64,000 bases of DNA from Marsupella aquatica (Eukaryota > Plantae > Marchantiophyta): NCBI GenBank assembly GCA_973895155.1, contig OZ316896.1:4841925-4905924 (forward strand). The letters are read 5' to 3'. Under the pieces are notes generated by a model, which made no database searches, had not been told where the DNA came from, and saw only the letters and a list, made by a program, of their open reading frames with translations. The translations under genes and the position numbers were made by a program. Each line of letters begins with the position of its first letter. Positions within the stretch are counted from its first letter, which is position 1. Shown here in pieces: positions 26,842 to 39,400 of the stretch.

Positions 26842-27710
26842 GTGTCGACCCTCGATGATAGTAGTTGGCCAAAACTTCTTCAAGTAATTGAAGAAAAGCT
26901 GGCCGTTTCACAATAGCTCTCAACACTCAATGACAGCAGCTGACCTCCTTACAGGCGGTGTCCCTGATCAGTCTGCTCTCTTCACATGCAACCCCTACTC
27001 CCCCGACTCTCTTCACAGGCGGCCTATGCACTAGTCCACCCCTATTCCCTTTCTCCACCCCCACTTCTAATTCTATTATCACCTCCTAAAATAAGTCAGG
27101 GTCTAGTGGCTTCAATCTAGGCTTAGGCCTTCTAATAGTAAGATTTGATTTTAGGGGCAGATTAGTAATGTGAACCAGATTGGGGATGCGGATAGTCGAA
27201 ATCGAATAATAACTATCGTTCCATATTCTGTTGCTCCAGACCCCAAATCCTTGAAAGGAATCACTAAAGCTCTGTAGTAGGGTTTAGTCAACCTGATGCT
27301 CAATTCACGTCGGAGGGTTTAATGAGCACAAACAACGAGCACCTCAGAGGCGTCTCGTCAGAATTGCTTCGCTCTGTTCGGGATTGTCGATTCGCCAGCG
27401 CGCGTGCTGAGGACTCTTACTCGCCCCGAGAAATTGACTCAACTCAGCCATCCTTGTGCGCTCAATCGCTGCTCCATCGCAGGTCTGCTATCCCTCCGTC
27501 CTTCATGCCGATCGTTCCTCGTGTAATGAGGTTCCACATGAGAACTAGAGGTTTTCAACCGACAGGCTAGGCTCGGCATAGCCGCCTGCGGTGCGGTACA
27601 GGCAGAACAGAGACGGCGAGAAAAGGCGCAGCAGGAGCAGCATTGAGATTTGGTCTCACCAGAGTGATTCTATCGAGGGGAAATAATTATAAAGTAGTTC
27701 CGTGGAAGCG

Positions 27711-30700
27711 ATGTCAAGGGGGCGGCCTGGGAAGGAGGATGACAAGAAGCGGAGGTGGAATTTCATTCGTGGTTTACGAACGAGCCCTGCTGGTCCGCTG
27801 GAGCGCGATGTCGGTTCTCTTGTGGCGGCCGTAATGGCGCGCGGTCGGCCACCCTTTGCAAGGATAGGCGCCGCGGAAAACGTGATGAGCACTTCTCAAT
27901 TTGTGGCCGTGGCGGATGAGGCGAGGGCGGGGAATGGAAACGATCATCTATCGTCTGAAGAGGACTGGGTGGGCCGGTCGACTAGGGTGGATTTTTCCCA
28001 TGCGGAGACCGTCTCTACTCGTCGGTGGATTGAAGCGAAGGACAATTCTCTGAAGGAGTACAGGTTTCCAGGCCGGGGATCCGATTCTCAACTCCTGGTA
28101 GTCGTCCCCTCTTTCATGGATTGAATGTCTACTAGGGCACGCCTTTGCTGTCAGAGACCTAAGCGCGTCTCTCTGGAAATTTGGCATAGAGAGACCCGTG
28201 TGATACTGCGATTGTCTCTGTTCTGCGCTTATGAATCAAAGTTGGCAATTATAGGACGTGTATCTGCTCACATTTTGATGTTGTCATGGGTGTGGGCTTC
28301 ACAGACAGTGCTGCTGAAGGACACACGAGCTCCTCTTCAGAGAGTTGTGGACGGCTTCCTGAATCGATTTTTCCCCCTCGGTTATCCCAACAGGCAAGTA
28401 TTAATTTGCCTCGCATCATCACTGACCAAAACTGTGGACGACTCAGATGTTGGGAGAAACTGTTCTTTGTTAAAAGTCCTCGACACACTGTGAGATTGTA
28501 TCTGGAAGGCCCGTACAAAGATTCTGCCCTCAGTTGATTCATGCAGGGGATGCACCCCTATGTATTTTGCCGAAATTCATTCATACGTGCTTGAAAGGGA
28601 TGGCTCCTCCGGCTGCACTGTTGGAGATATCCGAGTTTTTTCCCCGACGTGGTTCTGTGCGTTTCTTAATTTGGCTCTCACAGTTGATCGGAGCCAGCCG
28701 GATCCTGATCTTCTGAATACTTTATTTTGCAGTGTATCTGAGGGCTATTTGGTTTATTCACAATACCGAGCTGTGCAGCATTTCGCCAGTGCAATACTTT
28801 CCGTGCTTTCGACCCAGGTATCAATTAAGTACACGCTTTCAGATAATCATAAGCTAACTGTTCAATAGCAGTAACGGAGGTGTGTTTGAACCTGTGTAAC
28901 GATTGCCTGAACTTGTATGATTCCTCTCTTTACATTTTGAGACAGTGATACATTGTGACAACCCGTTTTTGTGATATCCTTGTGACAGTCATTACTTTTT
29001 GCAGCTGGTTTGAGACCCACTCCCGCTCAGGCTACCATTGTAAGCTGGGTAAGGACTCCTGATCGTTCTTTCTATATCTAAGATAAATCTTGAAATACAC
29101 GCGTTACTAAAGCTTCCAATCTGCAGTCCGATATTTGAGTTTTGGAGTTATCGGTCAGGGGCCAATTTTTAGGAAAACTGGGCTAGCAGAAGTGCTGGAA
29201 GTTTCTTTCCTTCTGGGTCCTATAGTAAGGAGGATGATACATCCGACTAGAGTCTTGTGCCCTAATTAGTATACTCATGATGCAGGTTTTGAAGGATGGG
29301 ATGCAGCATATTGGAAAGCTTTTCTGTAGTAGCCTTGGAGCCCAAATGGACTCCGAGCCAAAAAGGTGGCGGATTTTTGGTACTACATTTGTTGATTGTG
29401 GTCGTTTTATTTGGAATGTGGAAGGTGATGTTTGATAGGATATATCATGGATACTGGTTTTTGTCTTGTAGTTACTTCAAGCATAAATTGCTTAGGTTTG
29501 GGACGGAATTCTGATTTCTGAAGGATGCTTGGATTAATGTGCAGCGGATGCAATGTATGATATTGGAGCTGGATTAGAAGTGATATCTCCGTTATGCCCC
29601 CAACATTTTCTTTCTGTTGCTGGATTGGCTAACATGGCCAAGGTACTCCTCAAGATACTTTGCGCTGGTCGTGTGTCATTGACCGCACTGTAAAATGCCT
29701 GCCTCCTTGTAGTCAGGTTCATTGCATCTTATGCGTGGAGTTGTTTTAAGTTTGAAGAATTGGTCTATTGTCTAGAACTATGATTCGTCTGCAAGTAGAG
29801 GCATTTCGCAGATCAGTCATAGGATTCTTTTCTGGTCTTTATAGGGAATGGCACTGGTATCCGCAAGGGCAACCCGCCTACCAGTTTACTCATCATTTGC
29901 TCAAGAAGGGAATTTGAGTGATCTTTACGCAAAAGGTGAAGCAATTTCAACGTTGTCAAATGTTCTTGGTCTTGGCGTGGGAATTCAATTGGCCTCAACA
30001 TTCTGTGCAACAATGCAAGGCAAGGTATAAACTTGTTCGGAATTCTTTGTTGAGCATCGTGTATAGATGGATCGCTCCTGGGATGTTAACTTTTTGTGGC
30101 TCGCACGTGGAAAGAATTACTCTACTGGGATCTCTTTGAAGATATGTGGTTTCTTTGCTTTTAAGTCAAGAAGTAACATATAACTATCATATTTCACCAG
30201 GACTCCATGGTAGTGCTATCTGGCCGAAATCTTTTAATGATCGAGAGGGCTCACTGGCCACAGAGTTCTATTTTAGTTTTGACATGAAGTTAGCTTACGC
30301 CAGAGAGGTAGTCTTGCTAATTGTTGTGGGATTTAATCCTGATCGCAGCTGCTTATCACTCCCTTTCTGTCAGCTATACATTTGTATAGTGTGACACAAG
30401 AGATGCGTGCTGCTCCCATTAATACTCTCAACTCGCAACGCACAGCTTTTCTGGTGGCCGATTTCGTCAAGGTAGTTCCAATCCTAACTAGTATTGTCAA
30501 GGGAATGAGTTGTGTTACAAACGGTGCCTTCAATTTGGTGGTAGAGACAGACTGTGAGAAGATGGTACAGAAAGCCATTGGAACCTTCAATTGATGTCGT
30601 GCAGCCTTCAATTAACGAGGTTTAGATTTTCTTGCTTGACAGCATATTCTTAACGTCAACTTGTTCTGTGTTTATTAGACGGGGCAAATATCAAGACCGG

Positions 30701-31143
30701 CTGAAGTACGCTATAGAGAGCGCCTTATTTTGCCAGTTAAGCTGCAACCAGATGCTGGAAATGTACGTGTGGGTACGTCCCTTGTAAGGGTCGTGAGGAA
30801 GCCCTCTGTGCTTGCACAACTTAAGAGTCAATTTCCGGGAGAAAAGTTTCTTTTGCAATTTTCCGACAAAACAACTGACCTTGTGCTCCACCAGTCAGCC
30901 ACTGGTCAAGATGCCGTCCGCGGATGGCTGATGGCTGCCTATGCCCACAAATTTGCTTGTAAAGATCATCCGCCTCAGAATCTCGTCAACGACAAAGGTT
31001 TTGGGTTGAAGAAAGAATCTGTACTGAAAGATGCTTATGAGCAGACCGAAAAAGTGCTGCCAGCTTTCCTAGAGGGCCTCAGAGAGCAAGGGTGGCACAC
31101 ACAGTTATTTCTAGGAGGATCCGGCTATCGCGCTTTGTGGTGA
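27711..31143 (+). CDS. RUS2: ROOT UVB SENSITIVE 2-like protein (DUF647), 9 exons
   Basis: Exon peptides FLNRFFPLGYP(N)SVSEGYL..RAVQHF..SVLSTQ, SLLFAAGLRPTPAQAT.VSW, LKDGMQHIGKL..GAQMDSEPKRWRI, DAMYDIGAGLEVISPLCP, ARATRLPVYSSFAQEGNLSD..AKGEAISTL, PINTLNSQRT, ending YRALW*. The start codon is inferred. Confidence 0.92.
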
Positions 31144-31539
31144 AATTACTTTGGCTTTCTCTATTGAGAAGAAAGTAGGAGTGTGAGAGGGGTTTAAGGC
31201 GAGGAAGAACCTCTTCAAACAGATCGGCCTGAGCAGACAAACAACTCTGCTTATCATTTTTCAGGGACGGCATGGATTGTCGCTAGCACTTTGTCCTGCA
31301 CAGAATCAGGTTGTTGCACCGTCCATGAACACATCCCTTTGTCCTTTCCGGAGGAGTCGAAAGGAATATTAAAATCATTTTTGCAGTTTAGTTCAAATTT
31401 TTCAATCTGATAGTCCCTGCAAGCAAGGATGGGGAGTTTTTCAAATCAAGTTGAGCCATCATTTGGCCTCTGTTTCACAAGTTCACTCAAAGTTAAGTTA
31501 TACTTGGGTGTCATAATGGGCCTATCCTGTGTACAAATG

Positions 31540-32860
31540 GAGCTCTTATTGTGCTAGCAAATGTGGAAGGTTTATTTTTACTTTATTCACGTAACATAAT
31601 TGGCCCATATATTATCTCATTGCTAAAGTACAAGTTTAGATATATCAAACTGCCCCCATATATTATCTCATTGCTATACAAGTTTAGATATATCACACTT
31701 TCATGATAAGGACCTAATCAATGGGGGACAACCAAAGAGAAAAACAGCAGACTCCCAACTGGGAGACATGATCCCTTGGCAAAGTACCTAATCAATGGGG
31801 GACAACCAAAGGAGCAAGAAAGGCCAGGAAGCAAAGAAACAAGAGAAAAACACATGATCCCTCAGGCAAAGGACCTAATCAATGGGGGACAACCAAAGGA
31901 GCAAGAAAGGCCAGGAAGCAAAGAAACAAGAGAACAATAGCAGGCTCCCAACTAAGAGACATGATCCCTCAGGCAAAGGACCTAATCAAGGGGGACAACC
32001 AAAGAACCAAGAAAGGCCAGAAGCAAGGAAACAAGAGAGAAATAGCAGACCTAAAACCAGAAGCCTAAAGTCTATCAATAGGCAAATCAAGGGGAACAAC
32101 CAAGAAAGGCCAGAAGCAAGGAAACAAGAGAAAAATAGCAGACCTAAAACCAGAAGCTTCCTTGTGAACTGCAGAGCCTGATAGACAAACTGAAGACTGC
32201 AGAGCCTGATAGACAAACTGAAGACTGCAGAGCCCGATAAAACTTTCTTGTGAACTGCATAGGAGGGTCAAGCCAAAAAATACTACTAGAACTTCCTTGT
32301 GAAGTACTGAGGAGGGTCAAAGCAAAAGAATCCTACAAGAGTCTCTAAAATGCCTGATAAAATTCCTTGTAAACTGCACAAGAGGGTCAAGCAAAAGAAT
32401 CCTACTAGACAAGTCTGATAGAACTTCCTTGTGAACTACAGAGGGAGAGTAAGAGGAGGATCAAGCAAAAGAATCCTACTAGAGTCCCTAAGAGCTTTCC
32501 TTGTAAACTGCACAAGAGGGTCAAGCAAAAGAATCCTACTTGACAAGCTTGATAGAACTTCCTTGTGAAGGGGAGAGGAGGGTCAGAGGAGGATCAAGCA
32601 AAACAATCCTACTAGAATCCCTAAGACCCCTTACAAGAATGGTTTAGAAATTTGATATCTTAGCAAATGGAGAAGATTTTCTTTCACCTACTAAGAATAG
32701 TTTGGAGCTTTTATCATCTTAGCAAATAGAGGAGATTTCTTTCACCTTATTCACAGATGATAATAGGCCCACGTGTCAGTTAGGAGCTTTAGTCATTTTA
32801 GCAAATGTGGAAGATTTATTATTACTATTTTCACGCAAGATAATTGGCCCATATATCACA
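31540..32860 (+). repeat. Mosaic of degenerate tandem repeats flanked by ~70-bp direct repeats
   Basis: Units: acctaatcaatgggggacaaccaaag (4x), caagaaaggccag(g)aagcaa.gaaacaagaga (4x), ctgcagagcctgatagacaaactgaaga (2-3x), ttccttgt.aact..agagggtcaagcaaaagaatcctact (~6x). The flank ggagct..tagcaaatgtggaag..ttcacg...ataattggcccatat occurs at ~31540-31610 and ~32782-32855. Confidence 0.75.
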
Positions 32861-32986
32861 GCCGAAGGAGTACTTAAATATGATATGAGTGGGAAAACAA
32901 GTTTTGCAACATAAGCACAAATGTTTGTGTACAATATCCCGTTTCTGCAGACGTCTCATTTCTCTCACATAACTACTGTGAGTGTC

Positions 32987-33085
32987 GTCAAACTACGAAA
33001 GAATGAAAACCGACTTTGTGTCAAACTACGAAAGAATGAAAACCGACTTTGTGTCAAACTACGAAAGAATGAAACCCGACTTTGT
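32987..33085 (+). repeat. Tandem repeat, 3 x 33 bp
   Basis: gtcaaactacgaaagaatgaaa(a/c)ccgactttgt x3. Confidence 0.95.
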
Positions 33086-33169
33086 GACAAGATGACATCC
33101 CATTTCCATGTGATCTCTCTATGCCTCTTATCATTCAGGCACGTCGAGCGTCCAGCTACGCATCCATAT

Positions 33170-33497
33170 GCTTCAGCATTCATTTCCTGTCTTCGATTCC
33201 ATTTCTCACAATCTTCGACAATATACCTTGCGTTAATTGCCAGTCTTCGGTTCCGCTTCTCGCAATCTTCGACAATGTACCTCGGCATGAATTTCCTGTC
33301 TTCGATTCCGGTTCTCGCAACTTCGACAATGTACCTCAGCCTTATTTCCCTGTCTTCGATCCCGATTCTCGCATTCTTCGACAATATACCTATGTCAGCA
33401 TTTTCTGTATTCGTTTCTGATCCTCGCAATTTCGACAATATATACTAACCTCAGCATGAACTTCCTGTCTTCGTCCGTTTCTCGCAATGTTCGACAG
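33170..33497 (+). repeat. Degenerate tandem repeat, ~6 x ~55-60 bp
   Basis: The unit cctcagcat.aatttcctgtcttcgattcc..ttctcgcaatcttcgacaat(a/g)ta recurs. Confidence 0.85.
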
Positions 33498-33544
33498 AGG
33501 ATGGTCTTTGCCCGCGAACATAGTACACCCTTACCCATCGGACC

Positions 33545-34592
33545 CTAAGAACTGCGATCCATCTTGAGTTCATCATAGCCGAACATGAACTTGGTACCCT
33601 CCCGCGACACAAATTTGTCCTCGTCGGGAACTATCGTCTTCTGATAATCCGGGTCCTGGAAAAAACTGAGGACGGAATCCAGGTCTTCGGCCCAGAACTC
33701 GGCTGCGGCGTCGAACTCCATCACAGGTAACCCATAGCTCACAGCCTTATTCCTTGCTTCCAGGCTGTTGTGATACTGCAAAGAGCATGGCACACGGAGC
33801 AGTCAAGACGGGAGCTGAGCTCACGTTCGGTGAGGGTGATTGTATTGCACTATGGCTATGGCCAACTTGGGCTGAACGGTACAAACATAATTAAATTTGA
33901 GTGCGTGCGGGGAGTAACTATCACTGACGAAGGGAATAGCAAATGCTTTGGATACACATTAGTTAATCTATAGAGATGAAGTGTGCGTCCATTTGGGCTA
34001 AAGTGATCAAATGGCAAACACATAGGAGGAGAATTATTATGTGTCCCTGACACCATGCTTTCAACGAGAAGATCCCGCCCCGCATTCAAGCTATCTATCA
34101 TAGCTAATTGAGGGAACCGACAGAAGCCCCGGCAAACCTCGATCTAAAGTAAGTGGAGATGGATCAAAACCATGATCGAAATACGATTGCAGGGACAGAT
34201 AGTAAGTAAATGACTAAACGTACAATTTTGTTTAGTCCAGGGGGCGAGCTCCAAAAGCAGAGACAAGATAAGGACAGAGAATGCAATATCTTGCGGCATC
34301 GACAGAACAACTGAGGAGCATACAAGTTGAGCCCAACAGGCGAACAGCCCAAATAAACGAACTCCCCTGCGCAAGGAAGAACAGAAGCAACTGCAGGTAA
34401 AGGACGTGGACCAACCTGGTTATACTTGACGAGCTTTTTCTGGACAACTGGAAGGCTTTTAAAGAGGGGCGCATGTTCCTCGGACCAGTACCGGTGGAAC
34501 TCCTCGTCGGAAAGGTCTGATTTCTTCTTGAAAAATACGGTCATCTTCGTGTAACGCTTGCTCTCTTTCGCAGATTCTTCTTGCGACCCCAT
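33545..34592 (-). CDS. EthD-domain protein (dimeric alpha-beta barrel), 2 exons, ~135 aa
   Basis: Exon 1 34592-34416 (MGSQ...FFKKKSDLSDEEFHRYWSEEHAPL...VKYNQ), phase-0 GT-AG intron, exon 2 33775-33545 (YHN...EFDAAAEFWAEDLD...FFQDPDYQKTIVPDEDKFV). These match the EthD family patterns EEFxxYWxxxH and FDxxxExW...DPxY...DExxF. Confidence 0.85.
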
Positions 34593-35587
34593 GATCGATG
34601 ACGTCGATTTTATCACACTTCAATTTCTTGATACCACTCGATGGCTCCTTCGCTGTCCAATGTTCCCCAGGTGACAGTTTCAGTGTGTCAATAAAGTGAT
34701 AACCTTTCGATGCGATGTTTGCGCATTGACCAAATAATTCAGTCCAAATGTACAAACCAATAGTTCCGAGGAGAGCTTCGCGGTGTTTGCGCTTGGAGCA
34801 GACTACTAAGTCCCAAATTAGTACAAAACACAAAATCCAAGGAGGGCTTCGCAGATTATTCAGTCTAAAATTAGTACACACCAAAAATCCGAGACGGATT
34901 ACAAGTGAAGTGAGAAGGACTTCTTCTTACTTCGAATTGTCCGACCGACGGTGGTTAAATCCACACTTGGACACTTTGCACGGTCAAACACAACGATTGG
35001 CTGATCTGCACCGTCCCTTATTAATGCCCTTCCTGATTTGTCGCTTTGGAATTGAGGAATTCACGCGTGATTTTTTGCTTTCTAGTAGAGGAATTCACGG
35101 TAAAGAGTTGAAACTAAAGTTAAGATTGACCACCATGGTTAAGATTGACTGCCATGTTGGACAGATTGCTCCATTATACCACATTTTGGTGGTTCATGTG
35201 AGTTTGTTGGACCATAACTTGATGATGGTGAGTACTCAAATAATTTTTAGGTTTACAGTGCAAGACAACTAGAGAAGTAGTAGAAGGGAAATAAAAATGT
35301 ATTGAACCCTAATATGTGATGAAAAGAAAATGCATTAACCCTTATATGTCATGCAATTAGTTTGTGGACCCCCACCTGTTTTGATTGAGATTGAAAAGTA
35401 GATAGTTATTGATACAAATAAATTATATGTTAAAAAGTATATAGTTATTGATATAGATAAATTTGCTATACAATATTGATATGTGTTGGACAATGGGTAT
35501 CTTTATTGGGACTAGTCAATTGTTTTTGCATGATACACCATAGTGTTCTGAAAAATAAAATTATGTACTACATCATGGAAACAATTG

Positions 35588-36455
35588 TCACATCGTGTTG
35601 AATTTTCGCTTGGATGTAGTGGGTTCTTCCGTTGCTGTTTGGGCAGGGACGTCCGATAGTAGGCCCTGGTCGTTGCTCCTCCTCAGTCTGTCGATCAGGG
35701 ACTGAGATTGCTGATGTGTCAGCCCTACCAGCGTATCAAATGGCATCTTGAAATCATGTCTCAATCTGGTCAATTGCTCTAGACGAGCTCCCTTTGTGAC
35801 CTGGATGTACTCACGCATCCCGTCCTTGTAAGTGAGCTGGTCTTCCTCAAAAGGAACTGCCATGTACCTAAGAATCTCCTTCATGACACCTACATTTATT
35901 TTCAACATGCATGGAGTTAGTGCTTAATGTGCGCATGAGATGGTTTAATTCATTTGGGGGGGGTGGGGGGTTTCTCTTTGTGCTTACCAGTCGTTGGTTT
36001 ATCTCCGTAAGGGTCGTAGAAGTCGGCCTTGAACAGTTTCCTCTCTTCGATCATTTTTGACAGTTCTCTCCTATTGATCCCGTTTAGCATCTCAGTTATC
36101 TCGATTCCGAGACCGTTGCCGAAAGAAATTTGTTTAGCCGTTACCTCCAAGTTCTCAGTCATCCGATGGCAACTCTCTGATGATCATCCTTGCCATTTCT
36201 ACGGCTGTCATGGGCTGCACAGGAAAGATGTGAACAATCTCTTAGAACAATAGTGCCCATCAATGTTAATGAATCTTGCAACTTTTGTATCATCATTTCA
36301 TTATCGCTTGCATCAACAAGGTGAGGTATAAAGTGGACACTCTTTACCTGAACTGATGTCGGAGTAGCGTTTGTCGGATTGCTATTTGCGCCTGTCATTG
36401 TTTCTCGTGGTTGTTGTGATGCCTTGGATGCCTTGTTGCCTTTGGTGGTCGACAT
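35588..36455 (-). pseudogene. Unknown accessory gene immediately downstream of the Helitron helicase
   Basis: Three consecutive same-strand ORFs (36159..36470, 35950..36162, 35588..35908) with protein-like composition; a gtaag donor at ~35986 and a ctaac branch-like site at ~35918. No domain recognised. Confidence 0.4.
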
Positions 36456-36474
36456 CTGCTTGTTGAACACGACG

Positions 36475-39400
36475 AATGGGTAAGTGGGAACACTTTGAAG
36501 TCCGGCGGCGTAAGATCTCCAACAATGCGCATGAATGCTCTATTTGTGACCCTACTCAACATAAGGTACACCAGGCCCGGTGTGAATGCACTGTTTATTT
36601 CTAGCACGACCTTGCCCGCTACTGTGCAACCTTGGCTTTTGTACCTGTTATGGCATATCCGAGCATGAGTGGGAAACGGGGTGGGAAAGTGGATTTGCGA
36701 TGGGTTTGCTGTCCCGAGATGAACTTGTTCTCATGAACCGTGCGATTGATCTTTACGAGGCAATGGTTGGAAGACATTCTCACAAAAATTGACATTTTGC
36801 CTTCGGCTTCTATAGTGATTTTCTCCACGATTCCTCCATTGCCGTTCGCGGCTTGCTTGGAGAGGTCAATGTTGTGTGTGAGAATCACCTTGCATCCGAT
36901 TGCAACGTTTGTCAGTGTGTGGAAGGAGGGATCTTCTATCCAAGGTTGGGTGGATTTGTCTGAAGGGGCATTGGTGAGTATTGGGACGGGCACGATCTCT
37001 TGGCGGGGAAAATATCTCTGTAATGCCTGGTCGTTGTACTTGTCAACTGTTTCTCTATGTGTGCATATCACGGTCGTCGAGGCGTCGATGAAATCATAGG
37101 CTTCTTGTTTGGACACGTAACATCGTCCCAGGCATGCATCGATCGATTCTTGGATAGGGAGGCTTGTGCGGATGTTGTTAAGGAACTCCATGAACTCCCG
37201 GTCTGTGCTCTGTCTGAGCACAGTGCTGAGGTGAAATTTCCGCATGGTCTCAAAATATGGTGACGACGAGAGGTGGCACGACCTGCATATGTCGTTGGTG
37301 TGGTGGGTGCAAACTGGAGGCAATTGGCACATGTCTCCGACCAGGATGACCGTCTTATTTTGGAACGGGTCGGATGAGCGGTCCTCGTCTTGGAGTGTCT
37401 CGTGTAGTCTTGTGGAGACGCAACGCAACAATTTGGGTGTCAGCATGCTTGCCTCGTCTATGATGAACACATCATTGTTCCTCAAGATGTGGTATTGGGG
37501 ACTGGTGATGTGCAGAGGCCTGAGCTCTCCGTGTATTGGAATGTTGATTGAACAAGGAATGCATTGTCACCGCGTCGGCGTGAAGGTTTATGGCAGTTGC
37601 GCCCGTGGTGGCACACATCTTCACCTTCTTCCCTTTATATGTCCAGTATTTATTCATGTACAAGATGAAGAAAGTTTTGCCGGATCCCGGATTTCCATTG
37701 ATCATGAACAGATCGCTCTTGACATCCTCGAGGGCCTCAAACACTTTGATTTGGTCCGAAGTCAAGTTGATGGTTGGGAGAGTTTTGTCGTTGAGCACCG
37801 GGCCAATCGGTTCCTCTACGGCGATGGCGGGGACCGCTTGGAATGTGGCCGCGTCATTGAAAATTTGGTGGGGAAGCTTTTCATTCAGTTCTTGTAGCAG
37901 GTGGGATGTGTGGTGGGTGGAGTAGAGGTGCGATGCGCAATACTCAAGCACCAAATTGTGCATGTTGTCAACGTACGCTGGTTATCAACTTGCGGTGTAT
38001 GCACTCGTGCAAGTAGCTCCACGTCTCGCTTATGGGCCTGAGAAGAATTTTGCATTCTACACGGAATCTCACGACCTTCAGGAGGTAGTTGTAGAAGAAA
38101 CCATTCATCTTGTATACTGGATGATACTCCAAAAATTGCACAAGCCGATCTGTCTGATACACAAAATTGCCTTGCAAATCCCTGCCAACGTAGTCTTTGG
38201 TGGTGTTTTTCTTATTGGTTAGGACCTCGTGGTTGGTGAAGTAGTCATAGAAGGACATTGCAAACATGTCCTCGGGCCTCTATGCCTAGAGTCTGGTGGG
38301 ATGCAAACATATCCCCGAGGACTTACGGTAGATGGCGGACCTCAATTCCGGAGGGGACGAGTCCATGAACGCCACTGTCTCCGAGCGATGGATGATGTTG
38401 ATTTTGAGGCACGTCAAGGCCACCTCCGTGGTGCACACGCTTTGAGATAGGATGGCTCCGCTGACAAGCTTGAGTTGGACTTCAGACAAGTCCTCGAGTC
38501 CTAGAGTGCGCGCATCGTTTGCATTAAGCTAGAGTGATCCCAAGGGCTCGCATTTGATCGCATACTTGAGCAAATAGAATGACCAGGCCGCGTTTGTGAC
38601 GCGCTACAGGTTCATGTGCACGCCCCACAACAGCAACACGAGCGGGTGGTATGGCACAACGTTTTGGTGGTGGTCGCTTGGCCTGTGGTACCTCCATTTC
38701 CCCGTGGTGGGGTTGATGGCCGTATCTTTGTTGAGGTAAGTTTCTTGGGGGAAACCCAACTTGTAGTCGTTTGGGAGTGCCTTTGCAAGCACAAGCCCTC
38801 CTTGCAATAGTGAAGTTGTTTCGTCACCACGTTGCGATACATGGTCTTTTCTTCAACTCCATTTGGCTCTTCAAATTTGTCGGATGTCGAGTCAAATTTG
38901 CCAGGGATGAATGCGGCTATTTTGTTTGTGACTTGATCGACATTGCAATCCTTGACCCATAGCACCGTGTGGGCGTGGAGTGATTCGCGGCCCTGCAACT
39001 GATACCTGATGACGTAGTGGATCACATTTCCGATTATGGCACATTTTGACAAAATGTAATCCCTGAAAAAATGTTGAATTTGTTCGTGGAAGAGCATGGC
39101 GCATTCGACAGGACAATCTTGCCATGAGAAGGTTGGATTCATCCTCTTCACGATGTTTTCAAGGTCAGAGATCTCAGGCCAATGGGTGTCGTTGAGCTCG
39201 TATCAATAGTTTCACTAATTCTGGAATATTATTAACGATTTGGAAATTTCATAACAACTTTTTGGAAATTTAAATCAAGTAAATCGTAGATAAATATGAG
39301 ACTTATCAATATCATATTTGAAATTTTTTGATCAAGATATATGAAGCTTAACAAGCTACTCCTAATAAATCTATGTCTAACATACAATGTACTCTAGAAC

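Noticed and set aside
31882-33448. ORFs with repeated peptides (e.g. VKLRKNENRLC x3)
   Set aside because: They simply reflect DNA tandem repeats and are open on both strands.
35260-35550. Helitron 3' terminus (CTAG plus hairpin)
   Set aside because: Two aCTAG candidates (~35269, ~35512) exist, but neither has a convincing GC-rich subterminal hairpin.
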